From NCBI RefSeq assembly GCF_001194135.2, contig NC_068990.1, positions 20,147,103 to 20,183,180 on the forward strand: a stretch of DNA of 36,078 nt, in the 5' to 3' direction. The translations under genes and the position numbers were made by a program. Of this stretch, positions 1-11,749 are shown piece after piece. This DNA is from Octopus bimaculoides (Eukaryota). The stretch's first letter is position 1; each line of letters opens with the position of its first letter. Below the pieces are notes generated by a model. That model was given only the letters and a program-made list of their open reading frames with translations. It was not told the origin of the DNA and did no database searches.

Positions 1-121
1 GTTTTCTCGTCTACGTTTTGTTTGCAATGTCTTGTACCCAGATATGCACCTATACATACAGGTGGATGTCGGTATGCACATACCTGTACGTATATATGCA
101 TATACTCATTTACTATTTGTT

Positions 122-160
<39 letters not shown>

Positions 161-699
161 AATTCACAAAATGGTAAAGTGAATAAGCACACACACATGT
201 ACTAAATACAGAGATTAAGAGAAAACACAGAAAGTCACCAACTTCTCATCAGTTATCGGTCAGAGAGGCAAACATAATTTCGGCCATTATCGATAATATA
301 TTGTTTCCACACACGAGATACCGGCAAGAAACTTGGAGGGAATGAGACCAGAGCATGAGAAAGCTGAGGACACTAGTCAGCGCAGGTATTTCTAGAAATA
401 AGAGTTAAAACAACTCATAGCCACAAGAAGCACTTATCTTGATGACTGACAAAGGAGGCATGACTCTTCAGTGCCTAGGAATAGCCAGATCACAGTGATT
501 TCACATTTATATTAATACTCGTAAATGACTCTCACCTAGCATCCTGGATTAAGCTCAACTCACCTCCTCAGTTTATCATACTGTCGTAGAAATCATACGC
601 TTTATTTCCTAAATGGTAAAAGTTAAAATTATAACTACTAAGGGCAGCTTTTTCGCATTTTTACAACCAAATGGCAGAAATATATACGTCATTAAAGCG

Positions 700-700
700 C

Positions 701-773
<73 letters not shown>
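700..773. repeat. (GT)n(GA)n compound microsatellite. Further (TA)n/(CA)n tracts lie at about 120-160, 11200-11245, 25950-26250, 27900-28040, 29095-29225 and 35360-35400.
   Basis: Seen directly. Confidence 0.95.
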
Positions 774-775
<2 letters not shown>

Positions 776-1477
776 TGCCCGTGCGTGTGGTGGGGGTAGA
801 TTGACATGATTTTGCTTATTCTTGATTTTATAAGACTTTCGGGGACGCTCCTAATACATGAGGTTGGCTGCAGTCCATGATTGTGAATAAAAGATAGAAG
901 AATTAATTAAAATGCTTTGCTGTTATGTTAAATGCGAGAAAATGGAAACGACCAACACACATTGCTAGTGTTGAAATAAATTCAATTTAAGAAAAATCAA
1001 TCACTTTGAAGTGAATTCCAGTTTCATTTAATATATGAATTTAAGTTCAACTATTTCTGCGAAATTTCTGCACGTGGCTTTAATGATGAAACCTTAGGCG
1101 TATTTACTTATTGCAATTCACATATATGCTTTTATCTTGCTTCGATGACTGTTTCCATTAAATCAATATGTAAAAGCGTACCTCACCCTCGATTTAAGTG
1201 AAATAATTTACTAAAAAGTCATTTTAATTTTATAAAGTTAGCATGAGTGACACATATAAATTTTACTATTTCAAAATGGGTGGGAAACATGAGCATTTTC
1301 ATTATTACTTATTCTACTCGAATTAGTAGGATCGATAGACTTGAGAATTTGCAAAATATGCCTGAAGTAGTTCCAGTTCTCATTTTAAAGTATGTCTGTT
1401 GGTGGTGACTTTGATAGTCTCTAAAAGTTCTATATTTTGTCTTTCATAAACATGTCAATATTATGTGGTGTTTTAAT

Positions 1478-2095
1478 GCGGTGAGCTGGAAGAAACGTTA
1501 GCACATCGGGCGAAATGCTTGGCGGTATTTCGTCTGCCGTTACGTTCTGAGTTCAAATTCCGCCGAGGTCGACTTTGCCTTTCATCCTTTAGGGGTCGAT
1601 AAATTAAGTACCATTTATGTACTGGGGGTCGATATAATCGACTGAATCCATTTGTCTGTCCTTGTTTGTCCCCTCTGTGTGTAGCCGCCTGTGGGCAGTA
1701 AACAAATAAGAAACGTTAGCACGCCAGGCGAAATGATTGGCGGTATTTCGTCTTTCTTTGTTCTGTGTTCAAATTCCGCCGAGGTGGACTTTGAGGTTCA
1801 TCCTTTCGGGGTCGATGTACTAAGTACCAGACAAGTACTGAGGTTGATGTAATCGTCTAATTCCATCCCCACCAAATTTCTGGCCTTGTGCCTATAAAAG
1901 AAAGAGTATTATAGATATTCGATATTATAGATATTTCGCCGCCTTTACGTTATAAGCTCAAATTCCGCCGAGGCTGACTTTGTCTTTGATGCTCTCTGGG
2001 TCCATAAAATAAGTACCAGGTGAACTCTGTGGTCGGTATAATCGAATTACACCCCATCTGGAAATTGCTGGCCTTCTGCCAAACTTTTAAACCAA
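1478..2095 (+). mobile_element. Tandem cluster of three SINE-like copies (family A; about 1478-1709, 1710-1910, 1932-2095)
   Basis: The block gaaacgttagcac..gcgaaatg..cggtatttcgtc..gttcaaattccgccgaggt..actttg..tcatcctt..ggggtcgat..aagtacc recurs here (third copy 5'-truncated) and elsewhere in the window. GTTCAAATTCC resembles a Pol III B box. Confidence 0.85.
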
Positions 2096-2809
2096 TATTA
2101 CATATACCTCAATGTCAATAGATAAGTTTCGATTTTTTGATAAAACCAGATAAGCCCACTCATCAAATGTGGCTAGGAATACGATTGGCTGCCGTGCCGG
2201 ATTCAGTGAACGATTTATAATAATGTACCAAAACGTACCACGTAGTAATAATAGAGTTAGGGGCCTGCAAAGGCACTTGAATATATGTGTGGACATGTTC
2301 ACGATATACATATTGTAAACTCATCGTCACACTGAGATGTAAAGTTGATGCTCTAACGACTCAGTCATTTTGCCGACTATTCAATTAGCTCACCACTTCT
2401 CATTAATGATAGTATTTCATATTGATTTGAAATGTATAGAAGACACAAAAATGGATAAAGGCGTCTGCCTCAAAATCTGTCTATGTTACTATGTGTATAT
2501 CATTATAAGCAGACAGGATGTTGCAATTAAGAGAAAGGAAATCAGTTGGAAATATAAACAACACCATATTTACAACCAGTACTAATTTTGTTAATAAATA
2601 CTCTAAAATTTCTGTTTTATAAAATATAATTACACATTATACCAACTTATTTGTCATTCACACCAAAATTTTGCAAGCAACTCAATAATTATCGCCCGCC
2701 TTAAGCATGTTTTAGAGAATCCAACCCAAAGTCGTAGAAAAGTATGAATTTAGTGAGTTCACACATACTTTATATTATACAGTTCTATATTTAAGAGAGG
2801 AGTAATTAT

Positions 2810-2970
2810 GTACAGTATTTACATTATTTACATTCGAAAGATATCTATCCTCGTCTTGTTCGTTGAAGAAGGCTGGAGGGTATATCAGCCGAAAAGCTGT
2901 GTTAACAACAAACAAGATGAGGACAAATATCCGTCGAATGTAAATAATATAAATGATGTAAATAATGTAC
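2810..2970. repeat. Fold-back (inverted-repeat) element with a hammerhead-like core in the loop; possibly derived from a Penelope-like element terminus
   Basis: 2823-2865 matches the reverse complement of 2906-2948 at 37/43 positions. The loop holds TTGAAGA-A-GGCTG-gagggtatat-CAGCC-GAAA (2863-2894). Confidence 0.7.
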
Positions 2971-3148
2971 TTTATATAATGTATGATTAAACTGAGACAG
3001 TGCCATTCAAATTTTATCTAATGTTTGTTGATTATTTCCACATGCACGCAGACATTTATATATATATATATGGATCTATATATGTGTGTGTGTAAGTACG
3101 TTTGTATGTACATATGTATATATATATATGTGTGTATGCGTATATATC

Positions 3149-3149
<1 letters not shown>

Positions 3150-3179
<30 letters not shown>

Positions 3180-3240
3180 TAATAATAATAATAATAATAA
3201 TGATAATAATTGTAGTAATAATGATAATAATAGTAATAAG
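3150..3240. repeat. (AAT)n microsatellite with GAT variants
   Basis: Seen directly; explains the poly-N ORF 3025..3243. Confidence 0.95.
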
Positions 3241-3369
3241 TGACAAAAAAGAATGAGACCTCGATATTACGTAAATAGAGGTTTATTTATAAATGTACAA
3301 TTTAGAACAAACAGTAAGTTGTCATTATATTACTTGGAGTTTCGAATGTCAGAGTGAAGAGCTACGATG

Positions 3370-3852
3370 AAGATGCTTCTCTATAGCAGTGTGGGAGCAT
3401 TCCATTTTCTCTGCTAGTTCCCTTGCCGTTTGACGAGAATTTTCGTGCAAGAGTTGGTTTAATCCCTCTACATCGAACTGAACTGGACGGCCAGAACGAA
3501 GTGCGACATTGAGGTCAAAATTTCCATTTTTGAACTTGGCATACCAATCACGAGCGGTTCTTTCAGCTGTGGCTCCCTTTCCATACACAGCGCAAATTTC
3601 GCGAGCAGTTTTTGCGGCCTTAGAACCATGATTAAAAGCAAAAAGAAGGAGGTGTCGAAAATGTTCGTTTTTCTTAACTTAACATTCTATTTTAATGATC
3701 TGAAAATAAGCAAAAATTAACTAGATTTAAGTAGAAAAACAGATTCTAAGATGATTCAAAAATAGAAGTTTCGAAAACAATAGATTCCAAAATTTAAAAA
3801 CGCAATAAATTTCAAAATTTGAAAAACAACGGGAACTTAGTAGCCAACCCAA
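3370..3852 (-). mobile_element. 5' fragment of a mariner DNA transposon (one TIR plus the transposase N-terminal DNA-binding region)
   Basis: Minus strand 3690 to 3370 translates as IEC*VKKNEHFRHLLLFAFNHGSKAAKTAREICAVYGKGATAERTARDWYAKFKNGNFDLNVALRSGRP..LNQLLHENSRQTARELAEKMECSHTAIEKHLH, typical of mariner HTH domains. The start is degenerate (ATA) with an early TAA. A mariner-type end TA-TTGGGTTGGCTACTAAGTTCCCGTTG lies at 3854-3827. No catalytic domain follows. Confidence 0.9.
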
Positions 3853-4311
3853 TAAAATCTACCACAACAGCAATGGACACATTTCGTAGCACTTCATCTC
3901 ATTCAACCACGAACGTTGCCATATTATATTCCTAAATTTACTTAATATATATTGCTTGTTAAGTTGACCAAAAGGACAATAACTAGTATTCTAGATAACA
4001 ATTAATTAATTATGATTAAGATAACAGCCACAACAACACTGGGAACATTTACGTGATCTCTTTTCTATTCAATCTCAGACTGGGATCCCTGCAGCAATAT
4101 ATTCCTAAATTTTCTCAAATATATATATGTATATTTCGTGTAAATTTAATTAAAATTAATTAACAAAACAGATATCGTTTATTTATATTGATTAAAAGAC
4201 GAATAAATTAAATAGCAAACACTATTTATTAACGCAATCCCTGCTGGTGATAACTAGCAGCAACTTCTGTAATGTTTGGTTTAAACTTCGATAGAAGTCG
4301 TCATAAAGCAC

Positions 4312-4385
4312 CGTGCTGTACTATTTCCATTCTGCTTCCATTCCAGATCAAAATGTGGGTTACTGCATCAAAACCTTTCTCCACT
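4312..4385 (-). other. Candidate coding exon (VEKGFDAVTHILIWNGSRMEIVQH), loosely EPTP/EAR-repeat-like
   Basis: Strong acceptor ttttattgatttttctatcttcgtgtag and one open frame. The donor (cacg|gtgctt) is weak. Confidence 0.25.
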
Positions 4386-6149
4386 CTACACGAAGATAGA
4401 AAAATCAATAAAAATAGTTTGGTTTCATTCCACAAGAAAGGAAATTCCATACTGCATTGTAACTGCAATTCTCACTAGCTTTGATTTTCAAAAAAAAAAG
4501 AAACGTTCTTTACTTCGTTATTTTGTAACTCGTAACTCAGTGATAGTTGCCTATAATTCAATTTTTATTTTCGTTCTTCTATTTTGCACATAAATGGGTT
4601 CCGGTCGAAGAGCCTTATAGTGTACCTTCGTTGAAAGCTGGAAACAAGCATTTGCAATAAATGTGGTCACGCATAAACTTGTGCTTTGGAATACTGAAGC
4701 TGGCGTTTGAGTAGATCGATTTGATTCTTAGCAATTGTTTCTCAATACAACAGGTCAGTACAAAAGTATGTCGAGGTTTTACCGCAGAGTTTATACACAT
4801 GATAGATATATGGAGAATGGTATAAATTAAATGTGTTTTTCAATACAAGCTTCTTTTTTTTTGCACAATGTGTCGCGATCTACAAGTAAATTATATTCGT
4901 TCTTTTTTCTTTTAATTATTTTACCTCAGTCTTTCCAAAATTGTTACAGAATATAATCTTCTACACAGCGTCTCTTTGAAAGCATGCAAAACAAATTATG
5001 TCTCGTAAAATCGCAATGCCGGCACCGTCATTGATTTGAAAGACTCTAATAATGCCCTCTGTTTCTGAAATTATTACTACGATCATTAGAATCATTAGAG
5101 AAAATATCAATATTTTACACCTGGCTTCCTTCTATAATGCTGGATAGATACAACGATGGAGGATGTGGAAATTCAGTTTCATATGGATCTCCTAATGTCT
5201 AGTTTTAGAAAACAATCGCATTAATCAATTGTAAGTTTTGCATATTAAAAAATCCTAAAACAAAAAAATGTGTTTTTTTCCTCTGTATAATATTGAAAGC
5301 AGATGCAAAAAATCAAACTATCCTCTTCATATGTATGATGTACCTCCATTACTCGAAATATATCATTATGCCCTTCGGATAGTCTTTTAGGACCAAATCT
5401 TGCATGTTGTATGTTAGACTATTTCGTCATTGATTTGGACAGAAGAATGAACATTCTGAAATACTTGTTCTACATACAGAAGTCCGTGGGTAATCAAATG
5501 GATTCCAGCCTTATGCCACTTTGATTGAATTTTTATATACAAGTTGTTGTGAACAACTAAGCACATATATTTTATTGGTCGTGATATTGCATAGCAGGGA
5601 AAACATTCGAATTTAATTCAAAGCAAGAATTGCACACGCAAAATGTTAGACATTTTCACATTTATGTTCACATTTATGAAAATCTGTTATGTAAAAATGA
5701 AAATCTCACACATGTATATCCCTATATAAAAAATGATAAATGGTTTTAAGATACGAGTTTATGACTCGACTAAAATTCTCACCGGGTTAAAAACCAATCT
5801 GTGAAACACGCACCAATAATTTGATTTGCAGAAAACCGCTATTGGGCCACATATACAGGGATTATTAAATTATGGCGTATGTGAAACGTAGTTTCAATGA
5901 AGAATGACATTTACATTATTATAGATTGAAACCAATAATTCTTATTGCCATCTCATCATCTGATACAGTCCAGAAAGGTTTTTTGCGCAGTTCCTCAGAA
6001 TTTCACTACGAATGAATAAAGGTACTGCAGTAAGAATGATGATCAGATTTTTTTTATGTAGCTAGTCAAATATTGCAAAATATTCTGCTCGTCATCAGTC
6101 ACACAAATAATATTACTAAACACTTTCTACAGTCACAATCATTTTTAGA

Positions 6150-6365
6150 TTAATGATATCGGTTTCAGATTTTGGCACAAGGCCAGCAATTGTGGGTGAG
6201 GAGATTGAACGATTGTATCATTGTCAAAGCTCAACTGATACTTAATTTATCGACCCCGAAGGGATGAAAAGCAACGTCGACCTCGACAGAATTTGAGCGT
6301 TGAGACAGACAGAATGCTCTTAAGCATTTTATCTGGCGTTCTAACGATTCTGCAAGCTCACTACT
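6150..6365 (-). mobile_element. Degraded SINE family A copy
   Basis: Reverse-complement similarity to 1478-2095 (ttttggcacaaggccagcaatt..atcgaccccgaagggatgaaaagcaacgtcgacctcg..ctaacgattctgcaagctcac). Confidence 0.75.
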
Positions 6366-6562
6366 TTCTCGAGACTAATGATATTAATGATTGGCAAAAG
6401 CTCCCTTTTATTATTATTAGCAGTAGCTTATTAATCACTGTCATAATTGTTATCCGCTGTATTTCTTAGTTTAATCATATCTGCATTTATAAACAATGTT
6501 CATTTTATAATTTAAAATAATAAAACGTTTATTATACGGCATTTATAATAATATTATTTTCA

Positions 6563-6900
6563 GAGGTGCAGGGGTGGCTGTGTGGTGAGAAGCTTGCTTC
6601 CCAGCCACATAGTTTTGGTTTCAGTCCTACTACGTGCACCTTGGGAAAGTGTCTTGTGCTAGAGACTCGGACCGACCAAAAGCCTTGCCAGTGGATTGAT
6701 AGATAGAAACTGAAAGAAGCCTGTATGTATATGAGTGTGCGTACCTTGCTGTCTGAGTTTCTGCCTCACCATAGCATTACGACCAGTGGCTGTGTGTGCA
6801 CATCCTTCTAACTGGAGTCCATATATTCGACTAGAAATTCTTCGGGGCGGTGCTCCGGCATGGCCGCACACTAATGACTCAAACAAGTAAAAGACAAATA
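6563..6900 (+). mobile_element. tRNA-derived SINE-like copy, family B
   Basis: A-box-like gtggctgtgtgg and B-box-like ggtttcagtcc, followed by the body ccttgggaaagtgtctt..gaccaaaagcctt..gaaactgaaagaagcc and tail gcatggccgca..aaacaagtaaaaga, all shared with 11249-11410, 24232-24572 and 34510-34730. Confidence 0.8.
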
Positions 6901-8298
6901 TACGGGGAAAAATAAAGGTTTGTTTTATTTCTGGTTACGCGAACTTCGTCTGACTACTTGTGGCTAGCAACAATATGGTAAACACAAGACTGTAACTAGG
7001 GGAATATGGTTGAGGAAACGTGAGTTATTTACTGCTGTATTGACACATCTGCATTGCTTTGGAATGCGATGTTTAAGCAACCTTTGAGTTTTTATTGATC
7101 CTTATCTGAATGAGTTGATGAGAATGACATTAGTGCCTATAAATTATCAGTGCGATTCAACATTGAGGCCAATTCCGTTTGGACATTTGTGACAGCTCAA
7201 TTTCCAATGTATTACTACAAGCGAAATTTTCATGACCACCATGAGAACTAGATTCTAACAGTATTATGTCCACTTAAAACCTATTAATACACCAAATATT
7301 TAGCTGTAATGAGATATTTACAACTTTGAAACCCTGTAAGTTTCATTCTTACCGTGATGAGATTAAATCTAAAGAATTATATATGATCAGATGTATAAAT
7401 ATATTGGTAACACCTTTCCACATAGACATGACGTTAGAAGATTTTCGTGTATAATTTAAAGTGATGTATAATTTCTGCATCTTTTGCTATATTAAATTAC
7501 ATTCTGGTAGCAAGTCATAAATTATGAACACTAAGTTGAAAAGGAAATGTAGAATGTTAGTGCTTACATCTGATTCCCGATCAGAACTAAGTGAAATATG
7601 AATAATTAAGTGAACAGCACAGCGGTCTATCGAAAGTATTAGTTCTCAGTAATATTGTACCCAATTTTCATTGCTAACTTTAGTGAGAACAAATAAGAAT
7701 GAATTGTTCTACTAAAAAGAAGAAAAAAACATTATTGAATTATCAGTTAAGCTCGAGGCGAGAGTGAGATGAGGGCATTTCATGAAATTATCATTAAATT
7801 GCTAGTAATTTATCGACATTTAAGGTAAATAAAAAATCAAGATACAAGGCGGGGTCGTGGTACAATCGATTGGAACTTAATTTCATCGACCTCGCTTGAA
7901 CGGTACAAAAATCGAATGCCCTATGATCTAAAATTCGAGCCGAAAAGTGGCATAAGAAAACGCCGCAAGCGATTTTATTCAACGCTCGATAGTTTATTTC
8001 GAACCAAGAACGGAGCTTTGATATCTGAAATTGCCAGAATGCTATATATGTTGTGTATACATAAATGTGTATATATAAATACGGAGCATTAAATGGACAT
8101 TCGTCATGGACTGGTACATTATTTGATAAAACCCGGATCTAATTGAGTATAAGTGAGGTGTAACAAATCCCATTAGATATATCTTAGTATATGACTGGTA
8201 CAATATCAGATCCTATCCTAAACAGAAGGAATGAAAGTTGACCAGTGACATTCGACATCAGTTTCTATGTGAGGCGTGGGTGTTTGTATCAAGATATC

Positions 8299-8530
8299 TT
8301 TCTTATTTCTTTATTGCCCACAAGGGGCTAAACATAGAGGGGACAAACGAGGACAGAAAGATTAAGTCGATTAAATCGACCCCAGTGCGTAACTGGTACT
8401 TAATTTATCGACCGAAAGAATAACAGGCAAAGTCGACCTCGGCGGAATTTGAACTCAGAACCTAACGGCAGACGAAATACCGTTAAGTATTTCGCCCGGC
8501 GTGCTAACGTTTCTGCCAGCTCGCCGCCTT
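8299..8530 (-). mobile_element. Well-preserved SINE family A copy
   Basis: Near-colinear reverse complement of 1478-1709. Confidence 0.9.
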
Positions 8531-9383
8531 TCGAGATATCTTTCTGTCGCAATAATTAATGCCGGACTGCAGAACACACGCTGTATTGATTTCTAACCAA
8601 AACTCAAGAAGCAAAATTGATATATGCGTAACATTAAGGAATTTGATCTAGGGTTTAGTTATTTGATCTAGGTTTTAGTTGATCTATCCTTGACCTGATG
8701 GAGACGAACGACTGGCACAGACTTGTTTGAAATCAGAAAATAAAGAACTGTATCGAAACGTCCGAAGCAAAACTCAAGCAAAATCTTGGACTAACACAGA
8801 CGCAAACGCACACCTATATACTTATATACATGCATACATATAAATGCTTGTATATACACTCGGACATATGCAGTTACACGTAGGTATGTATTTATGTATG
8901 TATGTGAGTATGTATGTATAAAGTATATATTGCTTCTGAGTTTAATATCAAACTTTTTATTCAGGTTGACAAGTATCTGCGAAACCAGAGATTTGTTGAT
9001 AACTGTTTTTTGTTCAATCAGCAAAAGCAAAACTTGATACTCGATGCTGAAGACGTGCAGGAACACAGAAATCACGATTTAACATTTCCACCATTGCTGC
9101 TGTATGCTTTTCGGTTGCTACTCAATAGTTTTGTGCTTTTTAGCACAATACGTCTGTAAGAGAAGCTTTCTCCGGGCAAATACTTCAACAGTGTGGTTTG
9201 TTAAGTATATTCATGTTGAGATAGTTATATAGAATTATATATATTGATGTAGGTAGATAGCTATATATATATAGCTAGTTAGATAGATAGATAGGTGGAT
9301 GGATATACATACATATATTCATACATACTTTTATACATGTATATATATATGTCCAGGCACAGGGAAAGAACACAAATACACAA

Positions 9384-9601
9384 ATATTCTTTTCTACTCT
9401 AGGCATAATGCCCGAAATTTTGGGGAAGGGGTGAGTCGATCAGATCGACACCAATACGCGACTGCTTCCTAGTTTATCGAGCCCGAAAGGACGAAAGGCA
9501 AAGTCGACCTCGGCGGAATATGAACTCAGAACGTAAAGACAGACGAAATACTGCTAAGAATTTCGCCCGGCGTGCTAACGTTTCTGCCAGCTCGCCGCCT
9601 T
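9384..9601 (-). mobile_element. SINE family A copy
   Basis: Shares aggcaaagtcgacctcggcggaat..gaactcagaac..tttcgcccggcgtgctaacgtttctgccagctcgccgcctt with 8299-8530. Confidence 0.9.
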
Positions 9602-10134
9602 CGAATACACAACTATTGAGATAGATATATAGGTTTGCATGCGTGTGTGTATGCAGGTTGCGTATAAAAGTTTAACTAAATGCTACTCGGGTCAGTCAGA
9701 CCTAAATATTTCACATAAAATCCATTTAATGTGATAAAGTGGCTGGTACACAAGATGACCATAACAACTGTCGATTTGACTGCTCAGCAACCGCATCTCT
9801 TAATCTCTTCTCGAAATACTATACACAACATTAATTCTTGCCTCTCTACTTGCAGTACTACAAGATAGAGCAATAACTACACTTATCAGTTAATAGACAG
9901 TTAAATACCCAAATAAATCATCCTAATGAGTAATTTTCATAGGAATTTATTTTAACCGATTCAGGATACTTGGTGTGCGGTGGTGACAACACAAAGACTA
10001 GCAAGAGATTTCTTTCATGGTTTCCTCCGTGAGAAACTATGAAGTTGTAAAGTGAGCTTAACAACACAACCATGTTAATACGTTTCTCTCTGTCTCTCTG
10101 TGTTCATGTATATATGTATGTGAATATATGACAA

Positions 10135-10385
10135 GAAGGACATGGTGTAGTGGTTAGGGTGTTGCGCTCATGGCCGCCACATAGTGCTTAAAGTTCCTTT
10201 ACCGAGTGGTGTGTTGTGTCCCTGAGCAAAAGCTTTCCATGAAACGTTGCTGTGCGATCGCACATGGCAACGATTTAATGGAGGAAGTGAGCTAATACAC
10301 AGCACATACATCTGAGCAGTACAAACAAATGATTTGTGCTGGTCGTTCAGCAAAACCTGAACATTCATAATTCGTCTTCAACGAA
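10135..10385 (+). mobile_element. Probable tRNA-headed SINE (family C-like)
   Basis: tRNA-like head catggtgtagtggttagggtgttgcgctca, then gtgttgtgtccctgagcaa, which resembles the reverse complement of ttgctcaaggacacaac in 13647-13910. Confidence 0.6.
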
Positions 10386-10508
10386 AAATTCCACACACAT
10401 ATATGTATCTATATACATTTTTGCCGAACTCTTAAGTTACGTGGATATAAACATACCAATATCGGTTGTCAAGCAACAGTGGGAGGACAAACTCTGACAC
10501 ACAAATGA

Positions 10509-10541
<33 letters not shown>

Positions 10542-10792
10542 TAGTATTCATGTTGTTGTTGTTTGTAATATTATTGGTGTTTTGTGTATGGGACTTAACA
10601 TTGTTTTTGTTGGGCTTATCTATGCTGTTCTTATTATTGGTGTAGTTTGTAGTGATATTTAGCATGTGGTTAGTGTTAATGGCAGTCGAAACGCCGGTGT
10701 TAAAACGTGGGTAGCTGAAGAAGTAGAATGTTCTCTATGTGGCTCGTGTGTTCTCGTCTACGTTTGTGTGCAATGTCCTGTACCCAGATATG

Positions 10793-11000
10793 NNNNNNNN
10801 NNNNNNNNNNNNNNNNNNNNNNNNNNNNNNNNNNNNNNNNNNNNNNNNNNNNNNNNNNNNNNNNNNNNNNNNNNNNNNNNNNNNNNNNNNNNNNNNNNNN
10901 NNNNNNNNNNNNNNNNNNNNNNNNNNNNNNNNNNNNNNNNNNNNNNNNNNNNNNNNNNNNNNNNNNNNNNNNNNNNNNNNNNNNNNNNNNNNNNNNNNNN
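10793..11000. other. Assembly gap. Other gaps: 13054-13646, 20087-20246, 21257-21266, 26052-26110, 28038-28146, 29179-29199, 34106-34115, 34404-34503.
   Basis: Runs of N; most abut microsatellites. Confidence 1.
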
Positions 11001-11198
11001 TTTGAAAGATATACATCCAACATAACATGGTAGCATAATAAATTTAAAAGTTTAAAACATAAATATACGGAATATAAATATTAATACATATAAAAATCTA
11101 AAAATAGATAAATAATCTAAAAAATAGATAAATATATATAATTGAGCACTCAACATAAGTTCAGTTATATATTCTTTTAGAATATTACTTATAAAAGT

Positions 11199-11247
<49 letters not shown>

Positions 11248-11248
11248 G

Positions 11249-11410
11249 ATGGGCTTCTTTCACCTTCCGTCTACCAAATCCACCCACAAGACTTTAGTCG
11301 GCCCGAGTCTAAACTAGAAGACACTTGTCAAATTTGCAACACAGTAGAATTGAACCCGGAACCATGTGGTTGAGAAGCAAGCTTCTTACCACGCAGCCAC
11401 CCCTGCGCCT
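11249..11410 (-). mobile_element. SINE family B copy (5' portion)
   Basis: Reverse complement of the 6563-6720 head and body (gcttcttaccacgcagccacccctgcgcct; ggcttctttcaccttccgtctaccaaatcc). Confidence 0.85.
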
Positions 11411-11749
11411 ATATATATATATAATTATACCGTATGTTACATATTTATTATATCATACCTTGATACTGTATGGACTTAGATCACCTTTGACAGGCCGCTG
11501 GTATTTACAGTTTTAAACACTTTCGGTATGCAAATTGGGGACTCCTTCCTAGAGTACCGGTTGTATTTGTTGAATATATAGATAGTTTGACTGCTTGTTT
11601 CTCTGGTGGCTTTCAGAATGGTGTAGACGCATCTTATGAGAACACATTAAGATTTGAAAATCGATTATGGTTATTCTTCATTTTCTTTCAGTGTGCAGAG
11701 AAATAGCTAAAGTTGCTTCTATTTATAATTATACCATATGTTATATATA

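Noticed and set aside
318-385. Possible plus-strand exon (IPARNLEGMRPEHEKAEDTSQR) with donor cag|gtattt
   Set aside because: The GAG acceptor is poor and I recognise no homology.
1478-2095. CRISPR-like recurrence of repeated blocks
   Set aside because: The units are about 200-bp degenerate SINE copies in eukaryotic DNA, with no repeat-spacer regularity and no cas genes.
7790-7985. Possible very old SINE family A copy
   Set aside because: Only short patches match (cttaatttcatcgacc), too little to list as a feature.
8641-8690. Short local tandem duplications (also about 11095-11135 and 25003-25040)
   Set aside because: Ordinary slippage products with no further structure.
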